In this document: in pieces, positions 60,401 to 64,000 of the stretch
How positions within the stretch are numbered: position 1 is the stretch's first letter
How the letters are laid out: each line of letters opens with the position of its first letter
Source of the DNA: Tubulanus polymorphus
Taxonomy: Eukaryota > Animalia > Nemertea
Direction: 5' to 3'
DNA length: 64,000 nt
NCBI RefSeq assembly: GCF_964204645.1
Contig: NC_134026.1
Location: forward strand, 20,990,150-21,054,149
Translations under genes and position numbers: made by a program
The notes under the pieces: generated by a model
What the model saw: the letters and a program-made list of their open reading frames with translations, nothing else
What the model was told of the DNA's origin: nothing
The model's database searches: none

Positions 60401-61049
60401 TTTAGACAATTGTCTTTTATTTCTTCTGTTTTATGTTTTCTGTTTATATATTTACTTATAAACTTTGGTTATTCGCTGGTATCTACGTACATGTGATACT
60501 TTGAGTACACCCATGCAAGTTATAAAAGTGGTACGCCTCGGGCGTGAAAAAAAACGTCGTAGGCATTTTCATTTGTTTTTATAGGTTTTAACGAATGAAT
60601 GGATGAAACATCTCAGGCACGGGAATACCTCATCGTTTGAGTTGTTAGCTGCCTATCACCACTCCGAAATGAAAATATATTGAATATCATTTTTCACGTG
60701 CCGTAAGAAAACTTAATCCGTTATACTCTAGAATATATTTACTCGCTAAATTATTTACGTTATTGATAATGATAACAATGATGATAATGATAACCAATGT
60801 AACTTGTCGAACGGAAATAGGACACAGTCAGTGATATTGTAATTCGATATTATTTTCTTCCAGGAAAAAGTCCATGGTCGTTTGTGGTGAAAGCCAACTT
60901 TCCTTAAACTTGTATGGAATTGTTTTTCAATTCTTTAAATTGTCTTCAACTGTTTTTAGAAAGCGAAATAGAAATCATACTTACTTACCCTAATGGCGTT
61001 GGTGACGTATAATAAGTAGGCCTACTGTGAATGTTCATGTGATTCGTTG
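45410..61049 (-). CDS. EMI-domain collagen, collagen XXVI/EMID1-like (5' end uncertain)
   Basis: EMI exons [19 protein letters not shown]...C...C (~48355-48482) and RPTYRK...[12 protein letters not shown] (~47797-47893); [21 protein letters not shown] (~47458-47519); two Gly-X-Y domains in one exon (~46188-47259); C-terminal coiled coil (~45980-46034, 45410-45631). A phase-compatible upstream exon lies at 60989-61049. Confidence 0.85.
49150..49843. mobile_element. Second copy of the 31181 MITE family, right TIR truncated
   Basis: Aligns to 31181-31850 at high identity, is preceded by TAA, and ends in a partial TIR GGTAGGCGTCGCGTTGC. Confidence 0.88.
51520..51659 (-). mobile_element. Diverged terminal fragment of the same MITE family
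   Basis: GGAAGCAACTGG..GATCTCATATCCCGCT...CAGTTGCGTCGGTAGGCGTCGC..GTCGATATAAGTCAGCC-TTA is the reverse complement of the left end at 49150-49310. Confidence 0.75.
59990..60055. mobile_element. Short palindromic MITE-like element (related sequence at ~39570-39670)
   Basis: GCCAATTGCTCAAAAGTTGGTT ... AACCAACTTTTGAGCAACTGGC. Confidence 0.6.
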
Positions 61050-61967
61050 CTGAAACTTTTGTCGAAAAAAGAACAATCGATAAAATCGTTGATATTTCAA
61101 AAATGCTTCCGATATCCATTGCCATCTTTGAAAAATGCCGTTTTCAAAAATGCATCCTGAAATGTGTTTGAAGAGCCCTTGTTTTGCATGTAAACATACT
61201 CCTGGAAAATATGTGCCACTTGTTTCCGTTGTAAGGTAAAAAGCTCCCGATTAAAAACCCGAACAATCCCGTATTGGTAATTCTTGTTCCGACGGTGGTG
61301 CTTACGAACAAGAACCACCCGACCTCCTCCACACAATATGCTCAAACGTAACTATATCATAATCGCCTCAAATTAATTCTTTCCACTGTGCAGTGTTTGT
61401 TTAAGAAATGCGTTAGGAAAAACTCAAAAAGTTGATGGATAATTGAGTAGAAATGAAGTCAACATTCTAAGCGTTATCTGATCGGTCTGCACCCGTATTC
61501 ATCGCAACAGTTTGTTTTCAAAGAAGACCGTTTACGCAAACAATAATACTACTGAATTACGCGACGTTAAACTAAACAAAATGTGTGTTCATTTTCTTTT
61601 TTATGGAGAGAATATGAAGAAGAAACTCGACGAAGTTTTCTTTTAATCGGCATTATATTGTACCGCACAATAATTGCCGACGTCGTGTAGCTGTTACAAA
61701 TTCTACATTATACAACAAACGTGTCAAAAATTCCCGATTCATTTCGGAATACCGTACCAACATTCTGAGTCAAGACATTGTAACCTGGAATGGGTCTGAA
61801 CACTGAATACTCGGGATTTTGTGTAGCGTCCATGTACAAAATTGTTTGTAAGAATGATAGAAACTTATAAGCAATTATAGGATTGCCTCGGATTAAAAAG
61901 AAAACTAAAATGTTAAAACATAAATATTTTTATCATTTAATTCAGCATATAAGACATTTAGACACTT

Positions 61968-62062
61968 GGGTCCAGTTCCACAGTTCTGAGTTAAGAAAAA
62001 CATTGAAAATGAACTAATTTTAACTCAGAGTTAACTCTAACTCACAACTGTGGAATTGGGTC
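61968..62062. mobile_element. Short palindromic MITE-like element
   Basis: CCAGTTCCACAGTT ... AACTGTGGAATTGG inverted termini with internal GAGTTAA/TTAACTC repeats. Confidence 0.55.
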
Positions 62063-62899
62063 TTGGGTCTTACGCGATAAATAAAATGAACGCCGACGCG
62101 ATTAAATCCAAACCGCATGCTTTGTTTCGACGAAACAACACGCGCCTCAGTTGATTATTCCACTTACAAACTATGGAAAATACCAACAAGTGGAATATTG
62201 TGTTTTTCTTTAGGCGAAGCGATTCGAATTTCTATCAGACGAAGAGGAGTAGGTTTGAAATGTATAATGGAACAGGAAGTTGCTCGCATCGATTATCAAC
62301 ATAGATGATATTTCAGTCCTATTTCTAATCATCGTATACGCATAACACTTATCAATATGAGAGTGGGAAATTCACCAATGACGTTTTTATCGTTACTGCC
62401 TGACTATTAAAATGACTATGAAATTAATTATTAAACCACAAGGGGTACTCTTTTATCAGATCGGAGAATCCGTTTGTCTCCAATCGCACTCTATTATTGG
62501 CCCTGTGACCTTTTCGGAGAGACTGAAACCTCTTTTCTGTCGAGGTGGTGTGATTAGGATTTTGCGTGGAGCCAACCGGAGATTTCGGATGGAGACTTAG
62601 AGGTCATAAGAGTATGCCCAAGGTATCGGTTGCGAAGCAGACATCACCATCATCATCAGTTGGAATGCCAGTACGCAGCAGAAAACGATTTGGTTCAACG
62701 ATTACTGGCATTTACGAATATTTTCCTAAATTAAATCATCTTCTTCATTGTATTTGTTTCGGCAGGGTATAGGGAACACAACAAATCCGGAGACGCATAC
62801 GACGCGCTTCACATCCGTATTTTGAAACAAACAGTGTGTTGATTAGACATCCTCATAGCCCTCCTTCGAGTCTAGAACAGACTGGTGATCGTTACGGCA

Positions 62900-63197
62900 A
62901 TGGTGGCTGATTAACGGCCATATTTAGAAAGAATATTCGATCGCCTCCAATTCAAAAACAGAATCTACAATTTTCATTTTAACGCCGCGCTAAAACCAAC
63001 TCTTCTGTCGTTAAAAACAACTATTATAAAGTGGCGTTAAACCAACGAAAGAGATCGCGTTAAGCGGAAAAAGACCATGTTAAAACGAAAAGTTGGTTTT
63101 AACGTAGCGTTAAAAAACTAAAAATAGGTTTCAACGCAGCATTAAACAAGCTTATGGATGTAGCATTTTTTTCAAGTGGCCCGAATCAGCCACCATA
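62900..63197. mobile_element. Putative MITE
   Basis: ATGGTGGCTGATT..GGCCA ... TGGCC.GAATCAGCCACCAT inverted termini with internal GCGTTAA/TTAACG repeats. Confidence 0.5.
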
Positions 63198-64000
63198 TTA
63201 CGGCGAGTATTCTGGAAATTCCGTGTAGTTCAATGCCGCGAGTGGAGTCTTCTCTTTTACGCGTTGATACCATAATGTATAATGACGACGAGACCGATCA
63301 TCATGATTAACACGGTACCACACCCAGATGCCGGGTACAGTCTATATTGCGGAATTACAACGTAACGGAAAGCAATTAACACGTTTAACAGATATCTTGT
63401 GGTAATACAGATGACTAGAACCCACCAAAATCGGATCAACTCTGATAACCGTTGAACTCGGATGTTTTTTGAAATACTGTTTGTGACACTATATACATGA
63501 AATACATTAACATCCACTCGGATATCACTCAAGTCGGACACATTTTTTACGGTCCCAAAAGTCCCATGAGCGAAGTCTGATGTGGATGCCTAGTTAGAAT
63601 TCACAGAATTCGGTAATCTACTTTCTGTTATGCTTTTCAAATACGTATCCATTGAGAATCCGCATTGTACGTACGAGTCTTTTCTAAATTTCCGTATTAT
63701 TCGGTTCGTTTTGAGGAAGAATTAGACAATTAACCGGTGTAAAACTTCTGCTAGATATACTTTTGATATTCATCCGAATGGGCTTGGAACAAATGATTTA
63801 GATCGAATAATATCATACTGAAGTGTCATGTTTTATACATATTGCTGCGGTGTGTTCGTACGATTTCCTCGCTTGATCTGAAACTTATATCTGAAACTTA
63901 ATACTTGAAGATTCGTGTCAGGATGGTTCATTTCTTGATCACAAATTGTGTATTTGCTATTACGTTAAACGATACACACGATGGCACTAAATCTTGAGTG

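Noticed and set aside
50000-60900. Many 60-136 aa ORFs in the long collagen intron
   Set aside because: No recognisable motifs, often non-ATG starts and no consistent splice structure; likely chance ORFs.
62600-63541. Hydrophobic minus-strand ORFs as the collagen signal-peptide exon
   Set aside because: I could not find an ATG plus phase-1 donor combination that fits, so this is left unassigned.

Overview
AT-rich, intron-containing animal genomic DNA, consistent with a marine invertebrate (probably a lophotrochozoan; this is inference). Gene order: right end of an AT-rich Polinton/Maverick-like element (1-993); two intronless rhodopsin-class GPCRs plus a pseudogenic 3' fragment; a SoxH/SOX30-like HMG gene (+); CHD1L/ALC1 (-) with a C-terminal BRCT-like domain and two U12-type introns (one GT-AG, one AT-AC); a small secreted protein; a CAP-EGF-ShKT protein with a Gly-rich tail; a secreted, anchored cyclase-family hydrolase; a Ser/Arg-rich ORF; an Ig-like type I membrane protein whose intron holds a complete 1.95-kb mini-Polinton-like element; DPH1 (+); and an EMI-domain collagen (COL26A1/EMID1-like, -) with long 5' introns. 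There are several MITEs and microsatellites. All exon models were assembled by eye and no database searches were run.
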